A stretch of 63,598 nucleotides of DNA, the filler included, from Octopus bimaculoides (lineage: Eukaryota): assembly GCF_001194135.2 (NCBI RefSeq). It is 4 parts of 4 records of this genome, joined end to end, with 100 filler letters (N's around TTAATTAATTAA, not from the genome) between each part and the next. Parts side by side here need not be neighbours in the genome. Positions count along the whole stretch, not along the records: positions 1 to 21,441 come from NC_068983.1; positions 21,542 to 53,358 come from NC_068986.1; 2 more parts are not named here. The stretch is one strand, 5' to 3'. Below, one piece after another: positions 11,004 to 23,012 of the stretch. A program made the position numbers and the translations under genes. Under the pieces are notes generated by a model, which ran no database searches, was not told where the DNA came from, and was given only the letters and a program-made list of their open reading frames with translations. Within the stretch, counting starts at the first letter, position 1; each line of letters begins with the position of its first letter.

Positions 11004-12968
11004 AAAATCATTGAAATTAATGACTTTTATCAGTGGCCAGCACATAGAACCCTTTTAGGTAAAATACATTTATAAAGATGTATAACTATATAGGGCGCAA
11101 TTATACTTCAGGGCACAAAAGCTATTATACCTGTCAGCTGAAATAACACACCTAATATATCATGCCACTTTAAATATTCACTCCAAAATTAAATACACAG
11201 GTTGCAAGCGGGGAAGCAGGCTGGCTAAAAATTCATAAAACAATTCAGTTAGTTTCGTATTGATCAATTTCTCGATTAGTTTACTAGCTTTCCCTTCAAC
11301 AGCAAAACACACTCGGCGAAATAAATGAAAAAATCCATATATAAGCATACACAAAATTCGAGTACATATAAATAGTCACAAATATATACGCATCAGATTT
11401 TGCAATCTACCTCAACACGTTTATTTGATCATTATACTACACAGGTAAATAATCTGACCCGAAGGGAATAGGTTATCTTTAAGTCATAATTAGAGAATAA
11501 CATATATGTCTATACATGTATATATGTGTGTGTGTGTGTGTATGACCAAATATATTTTATGGACCATCACTCGTTAAGTAGATTACTCTGCCCAGCCAAG
11601 TGAACCCTTAAAATCGTTTAAGTGAACCCCAAAAATACATTTTTTTTTATTCGGAGTAGGGGTGCCAGTTTTACGTACAAATCGACAAGTTGCCGTGGGT
11701 AAACAGATATGTCCTTTTGACAAAAAAGACTTTATTCACTATATATGAAAGATGAATATTCATCTTTTAATAGTTCCCATAATACAACTGAACAATTGTT
11801 ATATTGACAAAAGTATCGCATACTCGAAGACATAAGTGGTTCAACGCAATTTTCCAATGAGGTGGTATCTGTCAGGAAACCAAACTACATGCTAAATAAT
11901 TTCTAATATGCTTGCTGAAGGACACGGCATTTTTATCTCTGCATGACTTACTCCAGTACTACCACTGGTGCAAAATTCTGTTATCAAAAGACACAAAAGT
12001 TTTGGCGGGGCAGCGCTAATCAGTGATGAGTATAAATACAGGCATACTACCTTGAATTTCAAATATGCTTGAGGCATATTAGAACCCATATGAAAAGCAT
12101 TCACTGTGTTTTGTCGTGGAGAAAATTACCCGCAGTAGACAAATGGCATAACTACACAAAAAATATCTTCCTAATCACCTACCCCGAATTTCCTCTTATC
12201 AGCTCGGAGCGCACCCTGTCCGGTTTCTGTGGCTGAAGAGAAGGTAAATTTACTCTATGACAAAACACAGGGAATGCCTTTTTTATGGGTTCGAATGCGT
12301 CTCACGCATATTTGAACTGGTAATAACCTGACACACAACTTTAGTTATATGTCGATAAATAGAATATGCTAAATCAATTGTGAAGTCTTCTTGGACCTCG
12401 GCGTTTCAGAATTAACTGATCGTTTAGTCGATTGCTTCGACGTACACATATCTATCTTTCATTTTGTGTACCCTTCTGTTTTGTATGCATAAGTCTCCAC
12501 ATCCATGCCACATGGAATTACTTTATCTCCTTTCCTTACTAAGACTCCCTGCGCTATACTGACATTCAAATTCTTCGTGAATCGTTGTTTCAGAAAATAA
12601 TAGAATTTGCATCGTTCATACGTTTTTGAATCTTTCATTCCTTCTTGTGGCTAGGTTTTTCCTCATTTACTTCTCCTCTTTATCGGTGCTATATTCTCTT
12701 TCTCTCCAGTGACACCTAATTTGAACGGAAGAACTTTGTCAAACTTTAGTATCCCTCGTGCTTCTTATTCGCACCATTTCCTGCATACCAATGCGCAAAT
12801 ATGCACTGGTTCTTGTGTCCGCATGTTTTTTTTTTTTTGTGATACATTCTAAAATAAATACATTTTCTATTTATCTTGAATCAAATGTTTTTGTCTCTTA
12901 TTCACGATAAAATAAACGTGTATGTACATTGATTTACAGACACAGAAACATAAAACTATATAAGCAGC

Positions 12969-13092
12969 TGTCCGTCTGTCCGTCTGTCTGCCCGTCTGTC
13001 TGTCTATCTGTCTGTCTCTCTGTGTGTCTATCTGTCTGTCTGTCTGTCTCTCTGTGTGTCTATCTGTCTGTCTGTCTGTCTATCTATCTATA

Positions 13093-13131
<39 letters not shown>

Positions 13132-13185
13132 TTATCTATCTATCCATCCATCCATCCACCCATCCATCCATCCATCCATCCATCC

Positions 13186-13245
<60 letters not shown>

Positions 13246-13250
13246 GTCTG

Positions 13251-13291
<41 letters not shown>

Positions 13292-13304
13292 ATATATATA
13301 TATA
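12969..13304. repeat. Compound tetranucleotide microsatellite (CTGT>CTAT>CCAT>CTAT>TA)
   Basis: Directly visible; runs into an N gap. Confidence 0.95.
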
Positions 13305-14123
13305 NNNNNNNNNNNNNNNNNNNNNNNNNNNNNNNNNNNNNNNNNNNNNNNNNNNNNNNNNNNNNNNNNNNNNNNNNNNNNNNNNNNNNNNNNNNNNNNN
13401 NNNNNNNNNNNNNNNNNNNNNNNNNNNNNNNNNNNNNNNNNNNNNNNNNNNNNNNNNNNNNNNNNNNNNNNNNNNNNNNNNNNNNNNNNNNNNNNNNNNN
13501 NNNNNNNNNNNNNNNNNNNNNNNNNNNNNNNNNNNNNNNNNNNNNNNNNNNNNNNNNNNNNNNNNNNNNNNNNNNNNNNNNNNNNNNNNNNNNNNNNNNN
13601 NNNNNNNNNNNNNNNNNNNNNNNNNNNNNNNNNNNNNNNNNNNNNNNNNNNNNNNNNNNNNNNNNNNNNNNNNNNNNNNNNNNNNNNNNNNNNNNNNNNN
13701 NNNNNNNNNNNNNNNNNNNNNNNNNNNNNNNNNNNNNNNNNNNNNNNNNNNNNNNNNNNNNNNNNNNNNNNNNNNNNNNNNNNNNNNNNNNNNNNNNNNN
13801 NNNNNNNNNNNNNNNNNNNNNNNNNNNNNNNNNNNNNNNNNNNNNNNNNNNNNNNNNNNNNNNNNNNNNNNNNNNNNNNNNNNNNNNNNNNNNNNNNNNN
13901 NNNNNNNNNNNNNNNNNNNNNNNNNNNNNNNNNNNNNNNNNNNNNNNNNNNNNNNNNNNNNNNNNNNNNNNNNNNNNNNNNNNNNNNNNNNNNNNNNNNN
14001 NNNNNNNNNNNNNNNNNNNNNNNNNNNNNNNNNNNNNNNNNNNNNNNNNNNNNNNNNNNNNNNNNNNNNNNNNNNNNNNNNNNNNNNNNNNNNNNNNNNN
14101 NNNNNNNNNNNNNNNNNNNNNNN

Positions 14124-14167
<44 letters not shown>

Positions 14168-14837
14168 CACGCACACACATGCATACAAACAAACACTCTC
14201 TCTATCTCTCTCTTTCTCTCTCACTCTCACTATATTTCTCCCCAACAACAGCAAAAACAACAACAAGAAGGCAGTGAACACTCTTTTGCGCAGAATTCAA
14301 TCGCCATCTAATACGGTTGAAGCTGAGACTGTTGCAAGTCGACACATGAAAAAGGGATATTTTCAAAATTGTCGAGTGTTCAAATTATTGAGAAAGCAGG
14401 ATGAGTCATATTCTTTAGTGCGGAGATGTTTTGGTATGTGCATAGCTACATATGTAAGATCTTACAGATATTTCTACGTAAAATTACAAGTTAAATCTCC
14501 AGTACCCACGGTTGTTAAATCCATCAATGTGAACATCGTTTTTACTTGGAACATTAGCATTTTCTATGGGTTTTAGATATTACAGATTCAATGCGCTTTC
14601 TGAGTCATATCCAAAATAATCTAGAAGATAATTTACCTCAATAATAGTACATTGATCACAATATAGCTTGAAAAATCATACACGAATATATTGAATATAT
14701 ACATGGATATATCTGTGTGCATGTATTCATGTGGGTGTGTACGTATATATGTGTGTATGTATGTTTGCATTTGTGTGTCTGTCAATATATGTATAAACAC
14801 GTGTGTATAGATAGATATATATGTTCGTGTGTGTGTG

Positions 14838-14884
<47 letters not shown>

Positions 14885-15586
14885 GTGTGTGAGTGTGTGT
14901 GTGTGTGTGTGTGTATGTGTATATATGTGTGCGTGCGTGTCTATGTGTACGTATGCATAATTGTGTAATGTTCTGTTTTAGAAAACAAATTTTTCACACA
15001 GCTTTCTCATTATTCTCTTACGAATATTGCTTCAGAACCTTGTCTTAATATCGTATAAAAATTCTATGCAAATTTTCTTATACTTGTCTAGGGAAACCTA
15101 ATATAGTTTGAATATTTTCGTATTTACATTGAAAGTTAATATCTTTCTAAATTTCATTCAATAAATATCCTCGCTGGAATGCAGCAAAAATTAGATCTTC
15201 CAGTCAATGCGTGTTAATAAACGAGCGAGCATGTTAAGAACACAACATGATTTTCTATGATCTATGAACATGATTATTTCTGATGTGCATCACAAGACAC
15301 CAGTGTAGAGAAGCTGGCTTGGATTTTCCAATTTCCAGCGATCTTTTCGAAATACATTTTGACCCATCTTAACTGTTAGCCATAGTATGAAAATCAAAGT
15401 ATAAACACTTATAACGTCCATAAAGCATCTTTATTTGTAGTACGCGTGTATGTGATTCTGATGAGACTCTTCAGTTTCATATTTTGTGTTTATCTCAAAT
15501 TGTGTGTACATCTACCGCTTGAATAATATTTACCTGCGTGTTTAATATATACAAAAAGTTTAACGTACAATGTGGTGTAGGTACAG

Positions 15587-16303
15587 TTGGGTGGTCCTTA
15601 GCAATAGGTAGTTTTCCCACCCCGGAAAAAAACCCGGTGTGCGCAGAATTTCAGCTCAATCAGACAACTGCTAGGCGACTCCCAAACGCCTTGAGGTTGG
15701 AACGTAGTATACATAACGATTAATTCTATTCATTACGGTACATTGTTCCCCATCTCGACCATTTTCTTTTTACTTCTTAGACAAATTTATGTGGACACAA
15801 CCAGACAACACCAGCAATTGTTGTAGAACTTTCTGAATCAAATTTACAAATTTACCAATAGATAATTTGCGAAATTCCTGAAATAATATTTTTAAAAATC
15901 TTAAGAAATATTAGGTTTTCTTAATAAAGCACATGCTTTCTATAAGAGAAACGCATATTTATTTCTTTTATTTTTATTCTTTTACTTGTTNNNNNNNNNN
16001 NNNNNNNNNNNNNNNNNNNNNNNNNNNNNNNNNNNNNNNNNNNNNNNNNNNNNNNNNNNNNNNNNNNNNNNNNNNNNNNNNNNNNNNNNNNNNNNNNNNN
16101 NNNNNNNNNNNNNNNNNNNNNNNNNNNNNNNNNNNNNNNNNNNNNNNNNNNNNNNNNNNNNNNNNNNNNNNNNNNNNNNNNNNNNNNNNNNNNNNNNNNN
16201 NNNNNNNNNNNNNNNNNNNNNNNNNNNNNNNNNNNNNNNNNNNNNNNNNNNNNNNNNNNNNNNNNNNNNNNNNNNNNNNNNNNNNNNNNNNNNNNNNNNN
16301 NNN

Positions 16304-16335
<32 letters not shown>

Positions 16336-18460
16336 GACGGGCTTTTTTAAGTTTGCGTCTACCAAATTCACTCACAAGCCTTGGTCGGCCCGAAGCTATA
16401 GTAGCAGACACTTGAGTTTGACATCTCTTTCTGCAACATCATTCCATTTTTGTAACCATCTTTGTCGAGGAAATTGGTGCTCATAGAAAATTTCAAGGAT
16501 GTTTTTGTACTAGGAGTTACAAAAGACGAAATTCTGATGTTTGTAAAAGAAAGAAGGTCATTTGATGCACAATGTACCTCTTCAGTTGATATTTTTCTTC
16601 TTCCTTTTCTTCGCCTTTTTCTTCCTAAACCTCGGTTGAAATAGTGTCATCAAATATGGATAGAGCCACAGTTTCGGGAGCTAAGTTCCAGGGATGGTTG
16701 GGAAATCTTTTCGCGGGAACGTGATTAATTTCTGATACAATATCTAGAACATTTATTAGTCGACGCATAAATAGGAAATCATAAGGTGCGAAAGTACACT
16801 CGAGCCACAAAAATACTTATTCTTTTTAAAGAGTTCTTCCCAGAAGATAATCGAAATTGATCCAGAGACAGATATATCTTGAATGCATAAAGTACTTTTG
16901 ACATCCACTTAGCATGACTTACAGCTCCTGGTGTACGAAACGATATCCCGCTCTTCGGAACTCCACCAAAAAAGATCATCCTTAACAGTTCTCGGTAATC
17001 ATCTCGCTGTTGATTCTGCTCAGAAAGGTGGTATTCAAGTATTCAGGACAACTAAGAACGGTACAGTAGACATCATCAGGCACTTCATTGCTATCAGTTA
17101 TGCAAACCTTGTTGAGTTTCGTCCAGGTTTCTCTAAATCTTTTGAAAAACGCCATGTTCGGACCAGAAGTTGCACCCATCAGTAAGTCGAAACAACTCCT
17201 AAAAGCTAACCAAAAAAATGGGATGACGGCAAGTGAAGTATAACTGTTCGCAATTGAACAGTTTTTCTAGATTTCTTCAGGCACCATTTACTCGACCTGT
17301 GCTGCTTGCTGTTATATAATAGCAAGATGCCTGAATTTTGTCGGTTATACCCCACTTATCCACTGCTTGGTAAACGGCTATGACTTGCTGTTCTAATAAC
17401 GATGTTGGAATTTCAGTGACTCCGAACAATTGCACTTTGCCTTGAAATGTTACTATTATTGCCAGTATATCAAACATTTCAACGCCTGTGAGTGCTGGTA
17501 GCAGCTTTCCATCGCAGCGCAACGCTAATTCTTGATCGATAGTGAGTGGTTTAGGTTAAATTTGTGCTGTATTTCTGTTTCACGCTTCCCTAAATTTTTG
17601 TCTAATGCGTCGAAAAGTGCAATATATTATCAAGTTTTCAGTATCACGCCCGAAAGCCTCTGCAGCAGCCAATAACATGTAAACCCCATTTCTATCAGTG
17701 ATTTTGCACCTATCAGAAAATTCAGAGAGAGCGGGGGAGTAAAAAAACTGCAATTTACGACAATTTGCTGGAAATGTTGTTGTTGCTGTTGCTGATATTT
17801 CCTGAAGGATAACTGCGAAATGTTCACTGTCGTCACCACTACCTCTTCTTTAGATGCTTGATGTTGAATCATCATTTTCTGATGTAGCAAACTGATGGTT
17901 AGCAAAATTTTGTTCCATTTCTTCATAAGAACTTTTCCATAATAGTTTCCTTTCAAGTGAGCTACAGTGCTCTTTCTTCCTTGTGATTTAGTTTTTGATT
18001 TATACCAACAATGGAGCCCGGTCGAGCTTTTTGGCACTGAAGTATTAGAACTGTATATCCTCTTTAACTTTCATCTGTCCTAAAGCATCTGAATGAGCTA
18101 TGTGAAAGAGATCGTCCAGCATTTCAACTAAAAGTTCTCTTTTTTTTCTTTTTCTTTGGTTGCAGTTATAGCCAAGTTTTTTTCTGTGACACATTCCATA
18201 CATCATAGAGTATGCGTACCTTTTCAACGCAGTAGAAACTTTTTGAAGTTTGAGTACCTGATCGATGCAAATGAAAACTTCTTGAATCACTAATGCTGCA
18301 CTTTTCTTCGTTGTAAGTTTTACACCTCTTACGTTGTAGAAAAAATGTTTAAAACTTGCCGAGTGATTGGAAATGGAAACAACAAGAATCACATGAAAAT
18401 CATTTCTTAACGTGTGTGATGAACTACCTGTAGAAGATGATGGCATTTCACAGATCTACG
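15587..18460 (-). mobile_element. hATm-like DNA transposon fossil
   Basis: Minus-strand fragments in the expected order: 'RGVKLTTKKSAALVIQEV...LDDLFHIAHSDAL', 'CDGKLLPALTG...CYYITASSTGRVNGA' (cf. WDGKLL / CFDTTASNTG), 'SGPNMAFFKRF', 'PGAVSHAKWMSKVLY', 'HPWNLAPETVALSIFDD', 'NDVAERDVKL' (catalytic E region). A putative terminus 'ttgggtggtcctta' lies at 15587-15600; the other end was not found. Confidence 0.8.
15960..16414 (-). mobile_element. SINE family B copy inserted in the hATm fossil, spanning a gap
   Basis: Tail 'tcttttacttgtt' left of the gap; body 'gacgggc...ctaccaaattcactcacaagccttggtcggcccgaagctatagtagcagacacttg' right of the gap. Confidence 0.8.
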
Positions 18461-18740
18461 AATAACATGTCAAAGAAGCCATTTCTCACCTGCACAAAGA
18501 GTTCTGAAAGAAGAACGGAAGAATTAGTCATCGAATGCATATTTGGTCACAAAATAAGTATACAAAGCACATAATATCATAAAAACGGGTAGATATAAAC
18601 TCGGTATAACACCTTTGTCAAGGCTATCAACACAACAGCTCAAGATCTATATTATAATACCCCACAGATAAATGAGCGAGTGCTTGCAATTCATTATAAA
18701 TGAATTAACTTATAATTACAAATATACATATATACATATA

Positions 18741-18906
18741 TACGTCGAACTACTTTCCGTTTCCCTCTACCAAATCCACTCACAAGGCGTGGGTCGGTCC
18801 GAGGCTATAGTAGAAGACACTTACCTAAGGTACCACGCAATGGGATTGAACCTGGAACCATGTGGTTCGTAAGCAAGCTACTTACCACATAGCCACTCCT
18901 ACGCCT
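18741..18906 (-). mobile_element. SINE family B, tRNA-derived 5' half
   Basis: Revcomp: ggcgtaggagtggctatgtggtaag (A box) ... ggttccaggttcaatccc (B box) ... ccttaggtaagtgtcttctactatagcctcgg (CORE-like segment). Confidence 0.85.
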
Positions 18907-19799
18907 GTATATGTATTTAACTTAACATATATTTCCTTTCCGTTATAATGAACTACGAGGTTTAAACAGACGTATTACAAAGTTATTATTTTAGGTGTGC
19001 AAAATTTTCTACAAAATGCACATAAACGTCTTAGAATCTCACTCAAGAATAAAATGTAAACATTCAACTCATTACAAATATAAAATCTTTATTCCGGCAT
19101 ACTTTATATGATCTCGCTTTCCTTTCTACATAATAAATTGTCAAGCTCTATACGCAAAGCATCTATCTGAAACATTGGGAGTATTGACAGCAGTTGGTAC
19201 CTTTAATTGACCCCAAAAAAGACATCGTAAAATCAGTTGGGTTTACAGACATCACATCTAGAAAATACAATATAGATATGGCAAAGCATTTATACTATAA
19301 ATGACGGACATTTCATTAAATGTGTGGCAGTAAAGAACATTTGAAAGAGAAGAAAATATGACGAAATAACTTATAAACGTTAACCAAAGAAACTAAAATG
19401 CAAGTAAAACTACTGCAGCTGGTTTAATCAGCTCTGCAACACTGCTGCAACACTACTGGCATCCAAATCGTTATTGTTAATAGCTCAACTGAAATTAATA
19501 CTATATAAACCAAATATCAGTTTCATATATTGTAGCTAATCAGGCAAATATAAATCTAATTTAGGCCAATAGAGAACCTTTAATGATCTTCCTTATTATT
19601 TATTGTCTGGGCCTGGAAGCAAAACTATTATTATTACGAGCTGGTTTGCTCGCAATGACTACGCAATATACAGCAATTATATTAATTTTATTGAAAATTC
19701 TATATGAAGTATTTAATGCGTCGCTAGGTTTCTACATTAATATTACATATAATAAAATTTGTACTGACATTGTGTCACCACTGTCGACATACAAGCAGT

Positions 19800-20230
19800 A
19801 ATTTATGTCGGTTGCGGAGCCATTTTTCCAGGTGATTGAAGTAAGGTTGAAGAAGTTAAGAAGTAGTGTCTTGATATTGTTTTGGGGATAAGTGCGAGTG
19901 ACATTATCTGTAACTGATCTTCTTTGTATGTTTTTAGATGTGTGGGGTGAAAGATTTAGATGTGAGTATGCGCTATTTCATTAGAGAAATTTCAAGTTCT
20001 GAAAATCTTGTTCTAGTACACAGCATATATTTGGAGACCCGTAATTTACTTTCGAGAAAAAGATTTACATATTATATGTGTGCTTCAGTTTGTAGTGCTT
20101 GATCAGATGTGGTTGAGTTGAGTCTTAAGATGTCCTGATATCTATGATTCATAAACTGGTATGTTCAAGACTTTTGCAGATATTTAGCAATCATGTGTTT
20201 CCGTGGGTGGAGTGAGACTCAAAGGAAATT
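19800..20230 (-). mobile_element. Highly degenerate non-LTR RT-like fragment
   Basis: Weak minus-strand motifs 'NICKS' (cf. D..KAFD), 'YGSP' and 'LQIYA'. Clade not assignable. Confidence 0.25.
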
Positions 20231-20312
20231 TACTAATTGCATGAAGACACTATGCATCCACTGGCAAGATACATGATGAGGAGTACACTTATCATAACCA
20301 ATCAAGTGGAAA

Positions 20313-20346
<34 letters not shown>

Positions 20347-20827
20347 CAAATACACTAACACAGACATGCTCGCGAACACACACATACATAATCTCAGACG
20401 CACGCTTACACGTGCACGCACACGCATGTGTGTGCGTATGTGTATGTGTGTGCTCAATGTATATATCAAATGCATAGGTTACATATATAGGGGGGGGGCT
20501 GACTTCCCGATGATATATAATAAAGAGCTAGACATTTCTCCTATGCAAATTAGTAATCCAGGGCTTTGTAGCTATTGGAGTTCTTGAATATACAAAGTGG
20601 TTGACTACTTATTTGTCTGGGATTGGTCAGAAAGAAGCAGACGCCTCTGATAAGTAGACAATAAGTTTCGAAAAACGATTAAAGCTGTTCAATCTACGAA
20701 GAAATCGCTAAAATTTCCTGTCTCTATATCTACGGTATAGATTGTAGTCATACTTGCGTTCTTGTGTGTGTCTGTGTCTGTGTGTTGTGCCTGTATGTGT
20801 ATGTAATCGTAATGAAAATGAAAACAT

Positions 20828-20829
<2 letters not shown>

Positions 20830-20902
<73 letters not shown>
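20830..20902. repeat. (TA)n microsatellite
   Basis: Uninterrupted TA run of about 72 nt. Confidence 0.95.
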
Positions 20903-20907
<5 letters not shown>

Positions 20908-21395
20908 GTGTGTGTGTATGTGCATGTATGTAGGATGTATGTATACTTGTGTGTGTACAGCAAATTATATTTACATTAGAATGCAAAGAAGCAAAGTTTT
21001 CGAAGATAGATAGTAATTTGATTGCACTCAACAATTGTTTCATTACATAATTAGGATGCATAATGAATTAATTTAAATATACATTATGTAAAACAAATTT
21101 TATCGGAAATTATCAGCAGTACTAGGTGCTATCTTAGTCGTAAACTGTTGTTTGTTTAAATACACTGAAACATAGTGTATATGTAAGTGGATGAATGTAT
21201 GCTCGCAAGTGCGTATACTCACACACTCACACACACAAACACACATATAAATGCCTATAAGTATGATATATATGCATGATTTTTATACATATGAATGCAT
21301 TAATTTATATACGTAAGTTATAGCCTCAGATAGATGTATACACTTGCAAATACACATATATAAGCAACGAATATACTCAACACAAATACAAGTAA

Positions 21396-21433
<38 letters not shown>

Positions 21434-21541
21434 ATATATATNNNNNNNNNNNNNNNNNNNNNNNNNNNNNNNNNNNNNNNNNNNNTTAATTAATTAANNN
21501 NNNNNNNNNNNNNNNNNNNNNNNNNNNNNNNNNNNNNNNNN

Positions 21542-21942
21542 ATATGTGCATCTCTGATCACGAGCAGAAGTAGTGGGGGAGCATCATAGCCATGTGTTGA
21601 GAGGAGTTCTTTGGGGTTTGAATAATTCACCTTTGGAAACATGGGTGTTTTGTTCATCATCCTTAAACAAACCTTATTCAAGGACCTTTTGAGCGGGATG
21701 GGCTACTCGACCTGAAACAAATTCTAACTGGGCCCCACCTGCAAGGTCATGCGCTGTTTATCTTGATATGAGATCACCATGCCACGCACATATGGTTGTG
21801 ATGCATGTGCCTGGTATACCCTTATCAGACAGGTAGTCATGATGGGTATATTGGGCTTTGTATATTTTACCCCAGTGTCACTTTGATGGCATGTACTGCT
21901 CTCTCACTCAATAACAATAATAATAAAAATAATAATAATAAT
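21542..21942 (+). mobile_element. AAT-tailed retroposon 3' end (family D), copy 1
   Basis: Homologous to 22554-23011 and 56663-56796. Ends 'cactttgatggcatgtactgctctctcactc(aat)n'. Confidence 0.8.
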
Positions 21943-22400
21943 GTAGGATAAAAGAAGCATATGAACAAAAAATGTAGAAGCCATTACACGCTATCCCAAA
22001 AATATTCCGGCTAGGAACGCAAGACATTATCAATTCAATAATACAACTCAGGCAAAACAATCCACAAACACAAGACATACTCTACACAGTATATAGTGAA
22101 ATAAACAAGCTCACAACATTTACTCTAGATGTCGAATACTCAACAGAACACAACTGGCATTACACAAATAATACACAATACGAGTACAAACACTAATGCA
22201 ACACAAGACTCAAGCCAAATCCCATATTAAAACAAGCTGATACAATACAGTACCGGGAAGAGTGTGTACGCCCACAATATCAAAAAAGAAAAAGAATTAG
22301 AACACACAATGCTGCACGCATCGCAGCAACACGAAGAGGTAGCAGGTGAAGTAGTAGAAATTTGCCTGAAACAATCAACTGTCGAATGATAATAATGTGA

Positions 22401-22917
22401 CTCTCATGGCTTATGATCTTAACTGATTGGAAGTGTTATCATGTACGTGTTTTGCTTGGGTATAAAAAAGATGGGCAACAACAAATATTTTGCTCAATTC
22501 CACAGATTTGCTTGACGTTAACAACCTGAACATGTCCCTTGGTGGCTGACGATAAGTGCATCTCTGATCACGAGCAGGAATAGTGGTGGAGCATCATTGT
22601 GTTGAGAGGAGTCTTTTGGAGTTTGAATAATTCACCTCTGTAAACAAAGATGTTTCATTCATCATCCTTAAACAACCCTCATTCAGAAACCTTTTGAGTG
22701 GGATGGGCTACTCTACCTAAAGGAAACTCTAACTGGGCCCCACTTGCAAGGTCATGTGCTGTTTATCTTGATATAAGGTCCCTATGTTGCGCACATATAG
22801 TTGTGATGCATGCGCCTGGTTCTACCCTTATCAGACGGATAGTCATGATGGGTATACTGGGCTTACTATATTTGTACCCCAGTGTAACTTTGATGGCATG
22901 CATTGCTCTCTCACTAA

Positions 22918-23011
<94 letters not shown>
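22401..23011 (+). mobile_element. AAT-tailed retroposon 3' end (family D), copy 2, with an ~(AAT)30 tail
   Basis: Aligns with copy 1 from 'gtgcatctctgatcacgagcag' to the tail. The 21943-22400 segment may be its upstream continuation. Confidence 0.8.

Positions 23012-23012
<1 letters not shown>

Noticed and set aside
11890-12070. SH2-like ('FLSLHDLLQYY') or lectin-like translations
   Set aside because: These are short, stop-bounded resemblances in different frames with no supporting splice structure.
12929-14576. Very long ORFs in the supplied track (also 5586-6120, 6690-7493, 39017-39797, 54927-56699, 59515-61577)
   Set aside because: They are open only because of N runs and stop-free microsatellites (YI, HT, CV, LSIY repeats).
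15458-15480. CTGATGA hammerhead core
   Set aside because: A short stem follows, but there is no GAAA or stem III/I.
20543-20660. Enhancer or snRNA promoter from ATGCAAAT, CCAAT and GATA motifs
   Set aside because: Short motifs are expected by chance in 63 kb of AT-rich DNA, and no snRNA-like sequence follows.
21486-21497. Recurrent TTAATTAATTAA motif (also 53403-53414 and 61859-61870)
   Set aside because: It always sits between N blocks within ~100-bp gaps and gives stops in all six frames, so it is an artificial scaffolding linker.
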